Source: an uncultured Flavipsychrobacter sp.
GTDB taxonomy: Bacteria > Bacteroidota > Bacteroidia > Chitinophagales > Chitinophagaceae
Length of the DNA stretch: 64,000 bases
Assembly: GCA_964489795.1 (NCBI GenBank)
Contig: CAZBAP010000001.1
Coordinates: forward strand, 199,818 to 263,817
Reading direction: 5' to 3'
Below are positions 49,908 through 59,062 of the stretch, piece by piece (the first letter of the stretch is position 1; the number at the start of each line of letters is the position of its first letter). The notes beneath the pieces are model-generated. The model made no database searches and was not told the origin of the DNA. It worked only from the letters and a program-made list of their open reading frames with translations. The position numbers were made by a program, and so were the translations under genes.

Positions 49908-49972
49908 TAAATCTACACGATCCCAAATTGCAGAACCGTGATTCACGTCATTAAATTGGTTGATTTATATCA
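49908..49972 (-). promoter_or_regulatory. Tandem boxes plus -7 element
   Basis: TGATTCACGTCA 49939, TGATTTATATCA 49961, TAGATTTA 49915-49908. Confidence 0.75.
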
Positions 49973-50219
49973 TCGCAGACGAGTACCAGTGGGGGTCTTT
50001 CTATTTGTTTACGTATCCTTCTGGCATTACGTCGCTCTCTACCTGTCATTCGCCAACGTCTGCCTCGGCCTTTCCGCATGTCAACTGTATTTACTCTAAG
50101 CACCTACTCTGTTTCTCAGTGCCTGGCAGTCACATCGACGTATGATCCTCACTTTCTACCTCTATCAAAAGGGAAAAGATATCGTAGTCAACCTTGATAT
50201 ATTAATAACAGCGTAAGTT

Positions 50220-50576
50220 CTATTCTCCGCGATCTATCTCGGCTATAGTCAAAAAAAGCTCCGATAAATTCCCATTGAGACGTTCAATACGGTCTTTAAT
50301 AGTTAAAACAAAATCCACACTTTCACCATTTAATGCGGAATCTCCATCCAAAATGGCAAGTGTAGTAGCAACTGTGTCGATCTCTACTTGTTTAATAATT
50401 AAAAAAAAAATAGCTTTTTGCTGATCGTTTAAACTTGCAAAAAATCTCAAAGCACCTTGATAAAAAAAATGCGTAGCTTCTTCAATTGGAGTACTATTGA
50501 ATATTGTCCGATATGATTCGAGTCCTTCAATTATTACCGTGTTCCAAATACCTTGTGCAATTTCTTCTGATTTCAT
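50220..50576 (-). CDS. Hypothetical protein, AT-rich, acidic and helical
   Basis: 118-aa ORF with A-rich leader; function not recognised. Confidence 0.6.
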   Translation of the reverse strand: MKSEEIAQGIWNTVIIEGLESYRTIFNSTPIEEATHFFYQGALRFFASLNDQQKAIFFLIIKQVEIDTVATTLAILDGDSALNGESVDFVLTIKDRIERLNGNLSELFLTIAEIDRGE

Positions 50577-50630
50577 ATTTTATCTCATTTTATTAAAAAT
50601 TTCAGGAAATTTTTGTTTATTTAAATCTAA

Positions 50631-51329
50631 GATAAGCTGGTTAAACACAATACTATCCCCACCTTTTATACTATGATTTGTGGGGGAATCGTTTCGGCTG
50701 CTACAAGGAAGACCATTATTGAATATGCCAAGTCACAATTAGGGGTGGAGGACGCAGATGTTTGGAGTGGTGCAGAGTTCGAAGAAAGACTCTATAAAGA
50801 CACTCCTGAAGTTTTACAACGGTTTGTCAACGGTGAGCCTTTCCCTGATACTTACCAAGGACTTAAGGCAATCACAGATGTGCTAACAACCACCAATGAC
50901 GAGGCTATACTGTCTCTTATTTCAGAGTGTTTTGACAGACCAGCCTTTACCACTCCATTCTACCACGAAGTGAACATACCTGACTTCGGTAAGGCCATTA
51001 CTGATACAATAGAGGTACTGAATACAGGTATGCATCGACTACGAGACGGCACACTTATTCGTCAGATACCATCAAGGTTCGCCATTAAGGACGGGGAATT
51101 GAAGAAAGAGCTTGCGGATATTACCAATGATGTTATCGCTCTGAGAGACGATTTTAATGCACTACTTAAGAGTAAGGACATTCGTCCTTGTGGCTGTGAC
51201 GATGTGAACTGCTCCGTATATCTAATGTCTGATAAGGCTTGCGAAATGATGGATGTGGCAAGAAGAAGTATATTGGATAAGGTTAGGCTGCTGAAACCTG
51301 GCTTCGCGCCGCGCATACGACAAAGGTAG
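50631..51329 (+). pseudogene. Probably 5'-truncated gene (C-terminal part of a restriction-endonuclease-like protein)
   Basis: Frame is open from 50631 (DKLVKHNTIPTFYT-MICGG) with no good start; VWSGAEFEERL resembles the end of Mrr-type domains. Confidence 0.45.
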
Positions 51330-51356
51330 GGACAGCTATTACACTGCCCCTACTGT

Positions 51357-51761
51357 CTACTGTGCCACAACGGTTGGCTCTGTAGTTTCCTGTTGTACCT
51401 CGTCAGGTGGCACTGACAGGTCGGTAGCCTTCTGCTTCGCCACAAACGTCCTACGACCTGCTATCGGCTGGTAGTCCCAACGGTAGCCCATGCGGACGAC
51501 CTCTCCCGTTTCGGGCATAGTATAGTCGTATGGCTCACACGCTACACGTTCAATGGAACCTGCCATTTGCTTGCCTACCATACGTTCTGCGGTGAATTGG
51601 TCAAATGTGCTACTGATAACACACCTCCGTACTGTAGCATAGAACCTGCCTGTGTTTTGAGATTGCACCATTTCAACATCACCTTCAATCTCTAAGGTGA
51701 TGTAAGTCTTCTTGTCTCCTTCCTTTGAGGTACGAAGGTTATACCCAGTAATTGTTACCAT
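51357..51761 (-). CDS. Hypothetical protein of Bacteroidota integrative elements (possible OB fold)
   Basis: Beta-rich LEIEGDVEMVQSQNTGRFYATVRR...PYDYT.PETGE with an acidic tail; family association is from recall. Confidence 0.6.
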   Translation of the reverse strand: MVTITGYNLRTSKEGDKKTYITLEIEGDVEMVQSQNTGRFYATVRRCVISSTFDQFTAERMVGKQMAGSIERVACEPYDYTMPETGEVVRMGYRWDYQPIAGRRTFVAKQKATDLSVPPDEVQQETTEPTVVAQ

Positions 51762-52042
51762 AATTAAAGTGGTTTTTACGAGTGATTATTGAGATGCTGA
51801 AATAGTGAAGGCGGGTGTACCCCGACTCCCTAATTCAGGGCGGGCTATCAAATTGGGGTGGTCGAGGCGAACAAATCTACACGGGGTGTCCGAAGGCGGG
51901 TCACCGTCTGCAATTCTGAAAAAAACCTGAAAGGACAGAGTTTATCCAAAGGTCTATATGACGGTATAGATAAAGCCTGTCCTGAAAGGAATGGATTTGG
52001 GAGGTGGCATAGGTACAAGTAATTGGAATAATCTCTATTTTT

Positions 52043-53146
52043 ATGACTCTACTAAACTTCAATAATATGGCTGCTGATAATCTTGATAACCTTGACTTAG
52101 TGCCCGAAGAAGACGGGGAAAGTGAGGTGCTAATTGAATATGACATTACCTCCTATCCTTCCGACCTGAGCTTGAGGAGTCTTAACGAAATGTGGTATAA
52201 CAACGACATTGTCATTCCTGATTTCCAAAGAGAGTTTGTCTGGAAAATACGGCAATCATCTCTTCTAATTGAGTCTTTCTTGGTAGGGCTACCTGTCCCA
52301 CCGATATTCTTCTATATAGATGACGATAACAAGAGTCTTGTTATTGATGGACAACAAAGATTACTAAGTATTATCTACTTCTTCGATGAGTACTTTGGGG
52401 CAGAGAGTAGTAGAGGCAAAAGGCAAACATTTCGCCTAACTGGCCTCAATGAAAGAAGCCCTTTTCATAATAAGAAGTTTTCCGACTTGGAACCCAAAGA
52501 CAGACGGAAGTTAGAAGGCTCTGTGTTGCGTGCGATTAACATTCGACAACTTACTCCAAAGGGAGAGAGTACAAGTGTGTATCATATTTTCGAGAGACTC
52601 AACACAGGAGGCACACCACTAACACCTCAAGAAATAAGAAATTCTGTTTTTCGAGGTGATTTCTTATCCGCTCTCAGGAAGTTAAATGAAGATGATAATT
52701 GGCGGACAATAATTGCAAAGCCTGCCTTCGACAAGCATCAAAAAGACGTCGAGCTGATATTAAGAGCCTTCGGGTTGGCCTATCATTTGGACCTATACGA
52801 AAAGCCCATGAAAGAATTCCTCAATAAAGTGGCGAACAGGTATCGGAAAGCCCCGAAAAACACTATTGATAAATTCCAAAGGGCATTTACCGAAACTTGT
52901 CGGATAATAAATGAGGAATTGAGAGCTAAGCCATTTAGTGTCAGAGGTCCATTAAATACTTCAATATTTGACTCTGTGTTCTGTACCATACTGAATAATA
53001 CGAATCGTTTGCCTGATAACTTAGGCCAGAGGTATGAGGCGTTACTCACTGATCGAAAATTCGTAGACCTGACAACCTTAGGTACGACCGACGAAAAGAC
53101 CGTCAAGGAGAGATTTAAACACGTCCACGAAAAATTGGTGAAGTAA
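52043..53146 (+). CDS. DUF262 (ParB/GmrS-like) domain protein
   Basis: PDFQREFVW, LIESFLVGLPVPP, VIDGQQRL, IFERLNTGG; start may be 52067. Confidence 0.92.
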   Translation: MTLLNFNNMAADNLDNLDLVPEEDGESEVLIEYDITSYPSDLSLRSLNEMWYNNDIVIPDFQREFVWKIRQSSLLIESFLVGLPVPPIFFYIDDDNKSLVIDGQQRLLSIIYFFDEYFGAESSRGKRQTFRLTGLNERSPFHNKKFSDLEPKDRRKLEGSVLRAINIRQLTPKGESTSVYHIFERLNTGGTPLTPQEIRNSVFRGDFLSALRKLNEDDNWRTIIAKPAFDKHQKDVELILRAFGLAYHLDLYEKPMKEFLNKVANRYRKAPKNTIDKFQRAFTETCRIINEELRAKPFSVRGPLNTSIFDSVFCTILNNTNRLPDNLGQRYEALLTDRKFVDLTTLGTTDEKTVKERFKHVHEKLVK

Positions 53147-53147
53147 T

Positions 53148-53648
53148 ATGGCTTACGCAGATAGGTTTATTCCAACTGATAATCTTGTTGCCCATCTTAC
53201 CCCATACCTATTGACTGTTCACGATGCAGCCATCCTTTCAAGTTATGCTGGGTTTCTTTCGGTCAGTGCCATCACCGTATATGAACTTGCGATTAAGGAT
53301 ATCTTCAACGATTTTGCGACTAAAAAGCACAGCGTATTCGGTCACTTTATCGAAAAGCATCTGTCTCAAATTAATGGCAGAATAAAGATAAGTGACCTAA
53401 GAGGCAATCAAGTCAAATCCTTTGGAGACAAGTATCTGCGGAAGTTCGACACAAGTCTTGATGCGAAGGAGGCCGATGCGTTGCGAAGGCTACGGGCAAG
53501 CATAAAAACATCCTATGATAATTTACTTGTTTGCCGACATCGGTTTGTTCATGGAGGGAATGCCACCATGACACATACCGAGGTTATTGACAGTTACAAC
53601 CTTGGTAAAGAAGTCATTCATAGTCTACATGATAGTATGAGAAGGTGA
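53148..53648 (+). CDS. HEPN-domain protein (MAE_28990/RiboL-PSP-like)
   Basis: All-helical, R-x4-H motif RHRFVH; starts 1 nt after the DUF262 stop. Confidence 0.8.
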   Translation: MAYADRFIPTDNLVAHLTPYLLTVHDAAILSSYAGFLSVSAITVYELAIKDIFNDFATKKHSVFGHFIEKHLSQINGRIKISDLRGNQVKSFGDKYLRKFDTSLDAKEADALRRLRASIKTSYDNLLVCRHRFVHGGNATMTHTEVIDSYNLGKEVIHSLHDSMRR

Positions 53649-53758
53649 ATAGGTCTGGATGAATTTGAGCGGGTTGCTGATGAAGTCCAAAAACCCGATA
53701 GCGATTAGAACGAATACCACTAATAGGAATAACTTCACAAGCTTGATTATAGACTGTA

Positions 53759-55000
53759 TCATGGCTGAGGTTTTTCTTGTGAATTAATCGGGTTACGAGT
53801 AAGCTTCTTGTTAAGTGCAGCCATATCACCGCTAATCTTCAAGTCTACCACCTTACTGTATATCTGTGTGGTCTTGATGTTAGTATGCCCCAGCATTTTG
53901 CTTACAGTCTCAATAGGTACACCATTTGACAGGGTAATGGTTGTTGCGAAACTGTGCCTGGCTATGTGAAAGGTGAGCTTCTTGGTGATACCGCATACAT
54001 CGCCAATTTCCTTGAGGTAGGCGTTGGTCTTCTGGTTTGATGGCACGGGAAACACATAAGCATTATCTGCGTTTAGCTTGGCTCTATATCGTTCAATAAG
54101 TGCCAATGCTTGCGGAAGCAATGGAATGGGAACCCTTGTATTGGTCTTAGTCCTATAGGTCTGTATCCACAACTGTCCGTCAATACCCTTGGCGATTTCA
54201 CCATACCTTAGCTTCTTCACGTCAGCATAAGCAAGCCCAGTGTAGCAACTGAATACGAAGATGTCCCGTACCTGTTCCAGCCTTGGGCTTACCAGCGCCT
54301 TGCCCTGTATTCTATCGATCTCCTCTTGTGTCAGGCATTCCCTTATGACTGGCTGTAGGGTACACTTAAATGCCTTAAATGGGTCATGCTTTAGCCATTC
54401 CATGCCTATGCCATAGTTGATTACTCGTTTAAGGAATTGAATGTACTTGATGGATGTATTGTGCGCGATGTGCTCATCAGCTTTCAGGTACAGTTCAAAC
54501 CCTATGAGAAAGCCTTTGTTCAATTGGTCAAGGGCGATATCGTTTGCCTTATACTGCTTTCGTAAGAAGCCCTTCACTTTGAACAATAACGTTTCATACT
54601 TGGTATGGGTTGCCTTACTCACTTCAATTCCAATCTTGCGTTTCACATAGGCATTGTGATGGTGTATGAGCCGTATCAAATATTCTGCCTTCTCGGTCGG
54701 GTTAACCAGTTTGCCTTTTATCAGTTGAGACGTGATAGGCAAGTCTTGCTTGAGGCATTCGGCATAAATGTCTGTTGCCTTCGCTCTGTATGTTGACAGC
54801 AGTTTGTTAGCATTAAAGGCTTCTTCGCTTTTACCCTTGATAGTAGCCTTAGCACTATCCCAATTCTGCTTAGTAACAGTAACACCAGTATTTACTACTT
54901 CGCGCTTACCCGATATTGTGATGCGCATGTAAACAGGGTACTTGTCATTTGAGCCTCGTTGGGTGTTGATGTAAAAGGAAATGTGTAATCGGTTGTCCAT
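53759..55000 (-). CDS. Tyrosine integrase (Bacteroidota type: arm-binding, SAM-like, catalytic domains)
   Basis: PVYMRITISG, FSCYTGLAYAD, TFHIARHSFAT, LGHTNIKTTQIY; likely ATG 55000. Confidence 0.95.
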   Translation of the reverse strand: MDNRLHISFYINTQRGSNDKYPVYMRITISGKREVVNTGVTVTKQNWDSAKATIKGKSEEAFNANKLLSTYRAKATDIYAECLKQDLPITSQLIKGKLVNPTEKAEYLIRLIHHHNAYVKRKIGIEVSKATHTKYETLLFKVKGFLRKQYKANDIALDQLNKGFLIGFELYLKADEHIAHNTSIKYIQFLKRVINYGIGMEWLKHDPFKAFKCTLQPVIRECLTQEEIDRIQGKALVSPRLEQVRDIFVFSCYTGLAYADVKKLRYGEIAKGIDGQLWIQTYRTKTNTRVPIPLLPQALALIERYRAKLNADNAYVFPVPSNQKTNAYLKEIGDVCGITKKLTFHIARHSFATTITLSNGVPIETVSKMLGHTNIKTTQIYSKVVDLKISGDMAALNKKLTRNPINSQEKPQP

Positions 55001-55224
55001 TTGCTCTTTTTTGAGCACTTGGAAGCCACATCACCCGACAACAATACGTATGTGATTGACAATGAGTGGATAATGATAGGCTTTTTGTTGTCCGCCTATC
55101 GCTTGGTCTGTTGTCCTCATGTTGTCCACCTGGCTGTTTTCGCATGGATAGACATGATTTGCCATGCAAATTGTTCCATCCTCTGAAAGCCTTTACTGGC
55201 AACCATATAAGGATTCCGTAAATG

Positions 55225-55247
55225 AAAAAGAGCCACATAAGTGGCTC
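55225..55247 (-). terminator. Intrinsic terminator downstream of the tRNA
   Basis: gagccac-ttat-gtggctc-ttttt on the minus strand. Confidence 0.7.
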
Positions 55248-55264
55248 ATTATCAGGTAATTACG

Positions 55265-55349
55265 CGGAGAGAGAGGGATTCGAACCCCCGAACCTGTTAC
55301 AGTTAACGGTTTTCAAGACCGCCGCGTTCGACCACTCTGCCATCTCTCC
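55265..55349 (-). tRNA. tRNA-Ser(TGA)
   Basis: GGAGAGATGGCAGAGTGGTCGAACGCGGCGGTCTTGAAAACCGTTAACTGTAACAGGTTCGGGGGTTCGAATCCCTCTCTCTCCG: 7-bp acceptor stem, TGA anticodon, long variable arm, GTTCGAATC T-loop; TAATTTTG just upstream; CCA not encoded. Confidence 0.97.
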
Positions 55350-55528
55350 GAGAGCAAAATTAGATAAGCAGACGGATATTAAAAAAGTTTTTTTCAATTA
55401 TGCTATATATTTTTTAGTACAAAGTCTCTTAACCTGCTTTTGTTAAAGCATATATAAAATAGCACCACTATTACTATATCCCCAAAACCGCTTATGTGCC
55501 CTTACCGTATATAGTCCTAAATTTGACA

Positions 55529-56200
55529 ATGATCCACGCATTCCGCCACACGCTGCTGATCGCTTTATTAATGTCCGGTTTCGCCACATATGCGCAGCAT
55601 GGCAATTATGAAAAATCAAAAACTTTCAGGCAAATGAACAACACACCCGCACACGAAAACGCGCACAAAACAGATACCGCAACCTTTGGCGCCGGTTGCT
55701 ACTGGTGCACAGAGGCACAGTTCCAGATGCTCAAAGGCGTGCTTAAAGTCGAATCGGGCTTCTCAGGCGGTCATGTAGATAACCCCACCTACCGCCAGGT
55801 ATGCGGGGGTACCACAGGTCATGCCGAGGTATGTAACATTACCTACGACCCCTCTGTCATTTCATTTGATGAGCTGCTGGCCGCCTTCTGGACCTGCCAC
55901 GACCCTACCACCCTCAACCGCCAGGGCAATGATGTAGGTACTCAGTACCGCTCCGTAATCTTTTATCACAACGATGAGCAGAAACTAAAAGCCGAACAAT
56001 ACAAGAAGAAGCTCAACGACGAGAAAGCATGGGATAAACCTGTGGTCACTGAGATCTCCCCGTTCACACACTTTTATAAAGCCGAAGATTACCACCAAAA
56101 CTATTATAACGAAAACGGAGAGCAACCCTACTGCCACTTCGTGATACAACCAAAGGTGGAAAAATTCAAAAAGGTATTTCACGATAAGCTAAAGAAGTGA
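55529..56200 (+). CDS. msrA: Peptide-methionine (S)-sulfoxide reductase with signal peptide
   Basis: GAGCYWCTE, GHAEV, RQGNDVGTQYRS, AEDYHQNY; likely ATG 55529. Confidence 0.95.
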   Translation: MIHAFRHTLLIALLMSGFATYAQHGNYEKSKTFRQMNNTPAHENAHKTDTATFGAGCYWCTEAQFQMLKGVLKVESGFSGGHVDNPTYRQVCGGTTGHAEVCNITYDPSVISFDELLAAFWTCHDPTTLNRQGNDVGTQYRSVIFYHNDEQKLKAEQYKKKLNDEKAWDKPVVTEISPFTHFYKAEDYHQNYYNENGEQPYCHFVIQPKVEKFKKVFHDKLKK

Positions 56201-56671
56201 CGCAAAGGCAGAAACTTTATTCAGGTTTATTTCCTATGCTGTCTTCACCACCAGGCATCTCCGGGTTGTAATAATACCGCTATACTACCATTGCGCAGAC
56301 AATTAGTCCCTTATCTCTATGTTACCCAAACGCACACTCGCCAAAAAACAGGCACCGGAAATACCGAACCCTTATTGGTACAAAAATAGCGCTGCACCAA
56401 GCCGGGACAATGCAGCAAATGCCGTAATATGTAAATCGGCCAATCACCTTTATGCGCTTTGCAGTTTTACATTCATCATATTTGTCATGTAAAAAGCTGT
56501 TCCATACACATACACATATGGATGGACTACACTTTTCTCACCACTTTAAATAAAAATAAATTACAAATAATCAATTACACATATGAAGAAACGCCACCAA
56601 AATAGCTGCCGATAATATCTGTAGCGATGTATTGCATTGCAAGATTACCCTTTTGTTAATAGAAATTTTTT

Positions 56672-56703
56672 TTTGTAGTTTGAAATAAAAAAATGTAGAT
56701 TTG
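56672..56703 (+). promoter_or_regulatory. Canonical Bacteroidota -33/-7 promoter (csp)
   Basis: TTTG-N20-TAGATTTG. Confidence 0.7.
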
Positions 56704-56732
56704 CTTATTATTAATTTTTTATTCAATTAAAA

Positions 56733-56930
56733 ATGCAAGAAGGTACAGTTAAATTTTTTAATGAAACCAAAGGATTTGGCTTCATTACTCCCGCTAACGG
56801 CGGCCAGGACATTTTTGTTCACGTATCAGGTCTGAAAGACCAAATCCGTGAGAACGACAGGGTGTCCTTTGAAGTTCAAAATGGTAAGAAAGGTTTGAAT
56901 GCCGTAAATGTTAAAGTTGTAGCACAATAA
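56733..56930 (+). CDS. Cold-shock protein
   Basis: KGFGFI (RNP1) and IFVHVS (RNP2). Confidence 0.96.
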   Translation: MQEGTVKFFNETKGFGFITPANGGQDIFVHVSGLKDQIRENDRVSFEVQNGKKGLNAVNVKVVAQ

Positions 56931-56958
56931 TTTTTTACAGCACCACTTCAATCACTCC

Positions 56959-56983
56959 AAGACGTGCACAGCACGTCTTTTTT
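56959..56983 (+). terminator. Intrinsic terminator
   Basis: aagacgtgc-aca-gcacgtctt followed by a T-run. Confidence 0.8.
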
Positions 56984-57094
56984 GTTGCCTGTACTTTTCC
57001 GCATGCACTCAATAAACAGTACTTAAAGAACCTGTACAATGCACAACTGTTATCAGTATGTTATGCAATAAAGGACACAATACTTTTTCAGCAA

Positions 57095-58219
57095 TTAACC
57101 GGCAGTTACTAATTTCTCGTTCCGGCCAAGGTACCAAAGCATCTTGCCGTGGGCCAGCAGCGCGCTCCTGAAGGTGGGCATGACGTTATAAGGTATATCA
57201 AACTCCTCCGCTACCGACGCCACGATCTTTGCTATCTTGGGATAATGTATATGACACACCTGCGGAAACAAGTGGTGCTCGATCTGAAAATTGAGCCCAC
57301 CAATAAACCAGCATACCAGTTTGTTATCAGGGGCAAAGTCTGCTGTGTTCAGTACCTGGTGCAGGGCCCAGTTGTTTTCCATTTTGCGGTCATCTGTAGG
57401 GCTCGAATAATCTGATGTTTCTATAACATGTGCCGGCTGAAAGATACAAGCCAGCGCAAAGCCCGCAACCACATGCATGATCACAAAGCCACCCACTACA
57501 TGATACCACGCAACACCCGAGAACTTAATGGGTAATACGATCATATAAGCTACATATAACACCTTAAGCAGCGTGAGCTCTGTAAGCGTCTTTGCCAGTG
57601 TGGTGCGCTGGTTTTGCAGGAGTTTATTCTTTGAGTACTTAAACAGCATTTTGTAATCCTTGACCGTGATCCAGTAAAGATTCATAATGCAATATACCAG
57701 CCAGGCATATATATGCTGAAAACGATGAAAACGCAGCAAAGGCTTTTCGGGCGACATACGTAGTACGCTACCGGCCTCTATATCTTCATCAAGCCCCTGA
57801 ATGTTGGTGTATGTATGATGCAGTATGTTGTGCTGTATCTTCCAATTGAGCGAGTAACCGCCAAGAATATTGAGCAGGCTGCCCAGGAAATGGTTCACAT
57901 TTTTATTGGTGGTATACGCGCCATGGTTAGAATCATGCATTACAGATGTACCTATACCTACAATACCCAGACCCATGAGCAGCCATAGGGGATAATATAA
58001 CCAAAGACTCACCGACCCAAGACCCGTAACGATAACCAGGTATGGAACAAAGTACATAGACAGCATGGCAGCGGTCTTGACATACATAGCGGAATTGGAA
58101 TAAGGCGAAATATTATTTGACTGGAAATAATCATTTACCCTGCTTTTTACCACGTCGTAAAAGCTGTCTTTTCCCCTTGGAGCAAACTTAACATATTGCT
58201 TTTTGGCTGTTTCCTGCAC
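57095..58219 (-). CDS. Membrane fatty-acid (acyl-CoA) desaturase
   Basis: His boxes HDSNH, HNILHH, QIEHHLFP. Confidence 0.93.
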   Translation of the reverse strand: MQETAKKQYVKFAPRGKDSFYDVVKSRVNDYFQSNNISPYSNSAMYVKTAAMLSMYFVPYLVIVTGLGSVSLWLYYPLWLLMGLGIVGIGTSVMHDSNHGAYTTNKNVNHFLGSLLNILGGYSLNWKIQHNILHHTYTNIQGLDEDIEAGSVLRMSPEKPLLRFHRFQHIYAWLVYCIMNLYWITVKDYKMLFKYSKNKLLQNQRTTLAKTLTELTLLKVLYVAYMIVLPIKFSGVAWYHVVGGFVIMHVVAGFALACIFQPAHVIETSDYSSPTDDRKMENNWALHQVLNTADFAPDNKLVCWFIGGLNFQIEHHLFPQVCHIHYPKIAKIVASVAEEFDIPYNVMPTFRSALLAHGKMLWYLGRNEKLVTAG

Positions 58220-58370
58220 CGGTATTTGAAATTTTTGCTAAGGTAAAACAATATTATCACAGGCTTTGTTAATTAAGACAAACTTTATCCCCCGATAAAA
58301 AAACAAAATCAATCATTTGAATATCAGTTTTTTAAAATTTTATCCGTACATTTACATCAAATTAACTATT

Positions 58371-58949
58371 ATGAAAAGAAAACATCTATCAGCTATCGCT
58401 ATCATAGCTATCACATTTGGCATTTTCAGCACACTGCAGTCGTGCACAAAGCTGGCCAAACTCCTTAATTTCAGCCTGGGCATGCAGACAGAAACTGTAA
58501 ATGTTACTATCCCGGTTACCTCCGGTACAAACGGGACAGTGACCGTAGGGCCAACTACCAATTCATTTAATGTAGACTCATTTATTAAAGCGCAGACCGG
58601 CAACCAGCTTGGCGCGGCAAACGTATCGAGTGTAAAACTGGCATCTGTGATATTTACACTCAATAACGCCAACAGCCTTAACAACTTTCAAAACTTTGAA
58701 TCTTGCTCAGCTACATTCTCTTCTAATACCAACAGCACTCCTTTTACAGTATCGATAGCTGATAACCCTGATGTGTACTCAAATACACTTTCTTTGCCGG
58801 TAGATAGCACAACCGAATTAAAAAGCTATATCGGCAACCAGTTTAACTATACAGTGAGCGGCAAATTGCGCCGCGGCACTACCATACCACTTGACTGCAC
58901 TGTAACATTTACCTTCAACCTGAAAGTATCCGGCACGGGTACTAACTAA
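58371..58949 (+). CDS. Hypothetical lipoprotein
   Basis: MKRKH...TLQSC lipobox; Thr/Ser/Asn-rich beta protein. Confidence 0.75.
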   Translation: MKRKHLSAIAIIAITFGIFSTLQSCTKLAKLLNFSLGMQTETVNVTIPVTSGTNGTVTVGPTTNSFNVDSFIKAQTGNQLGAANVSSVKLASVIFTLNNANSLNNFQNFESCSATFSSNTNSTPFTVSIADNPDVYSNTLSLPVDSTTELKSYIGNQFNYTVSGKLRRGTTIPLDCTVTFTFNLKVSGTGTN

Positions 58950-58971
58950 TAAAACCGCAATATTTGTGATG

Positions 58972-58997
58972 GATCCCGGCACGCGCCGGGATCTTTT
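58972..58997 (+). terminator. Intrinsic terminator
   Basis: gatcccggc-acgc-gccgggatc-tttt. Confidence 0.75.
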
Positions 58998-59062
58998 ATT
59001 TTACCCGAACCAACCCGGCGCGGCAAAAAGACCGTCTATTAATATGGACCAAAAACCACTTT

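Larger units (their letters stand above)
50631..55265 (-). mobile_element. Integrative element at the tRNA-Ser 3' end (left boundary unresolved)
   Basis: Integrase immediately 3' of the tRNA plus defence-type cargo; no att duplicate identified by eye. Confidence 0.65.

Noticed and set aside
25374..49972. 22-bp periodic boxes or 11-bp repeats as CRISPR arrays
   Set aside because: Units are too short and degenerate, there are no spacer-length unique sequences, and no cas genes.
55222..55446. 74-aa ORF in the track
   Set aside because: Antisense shadow of tRNA-Ser.
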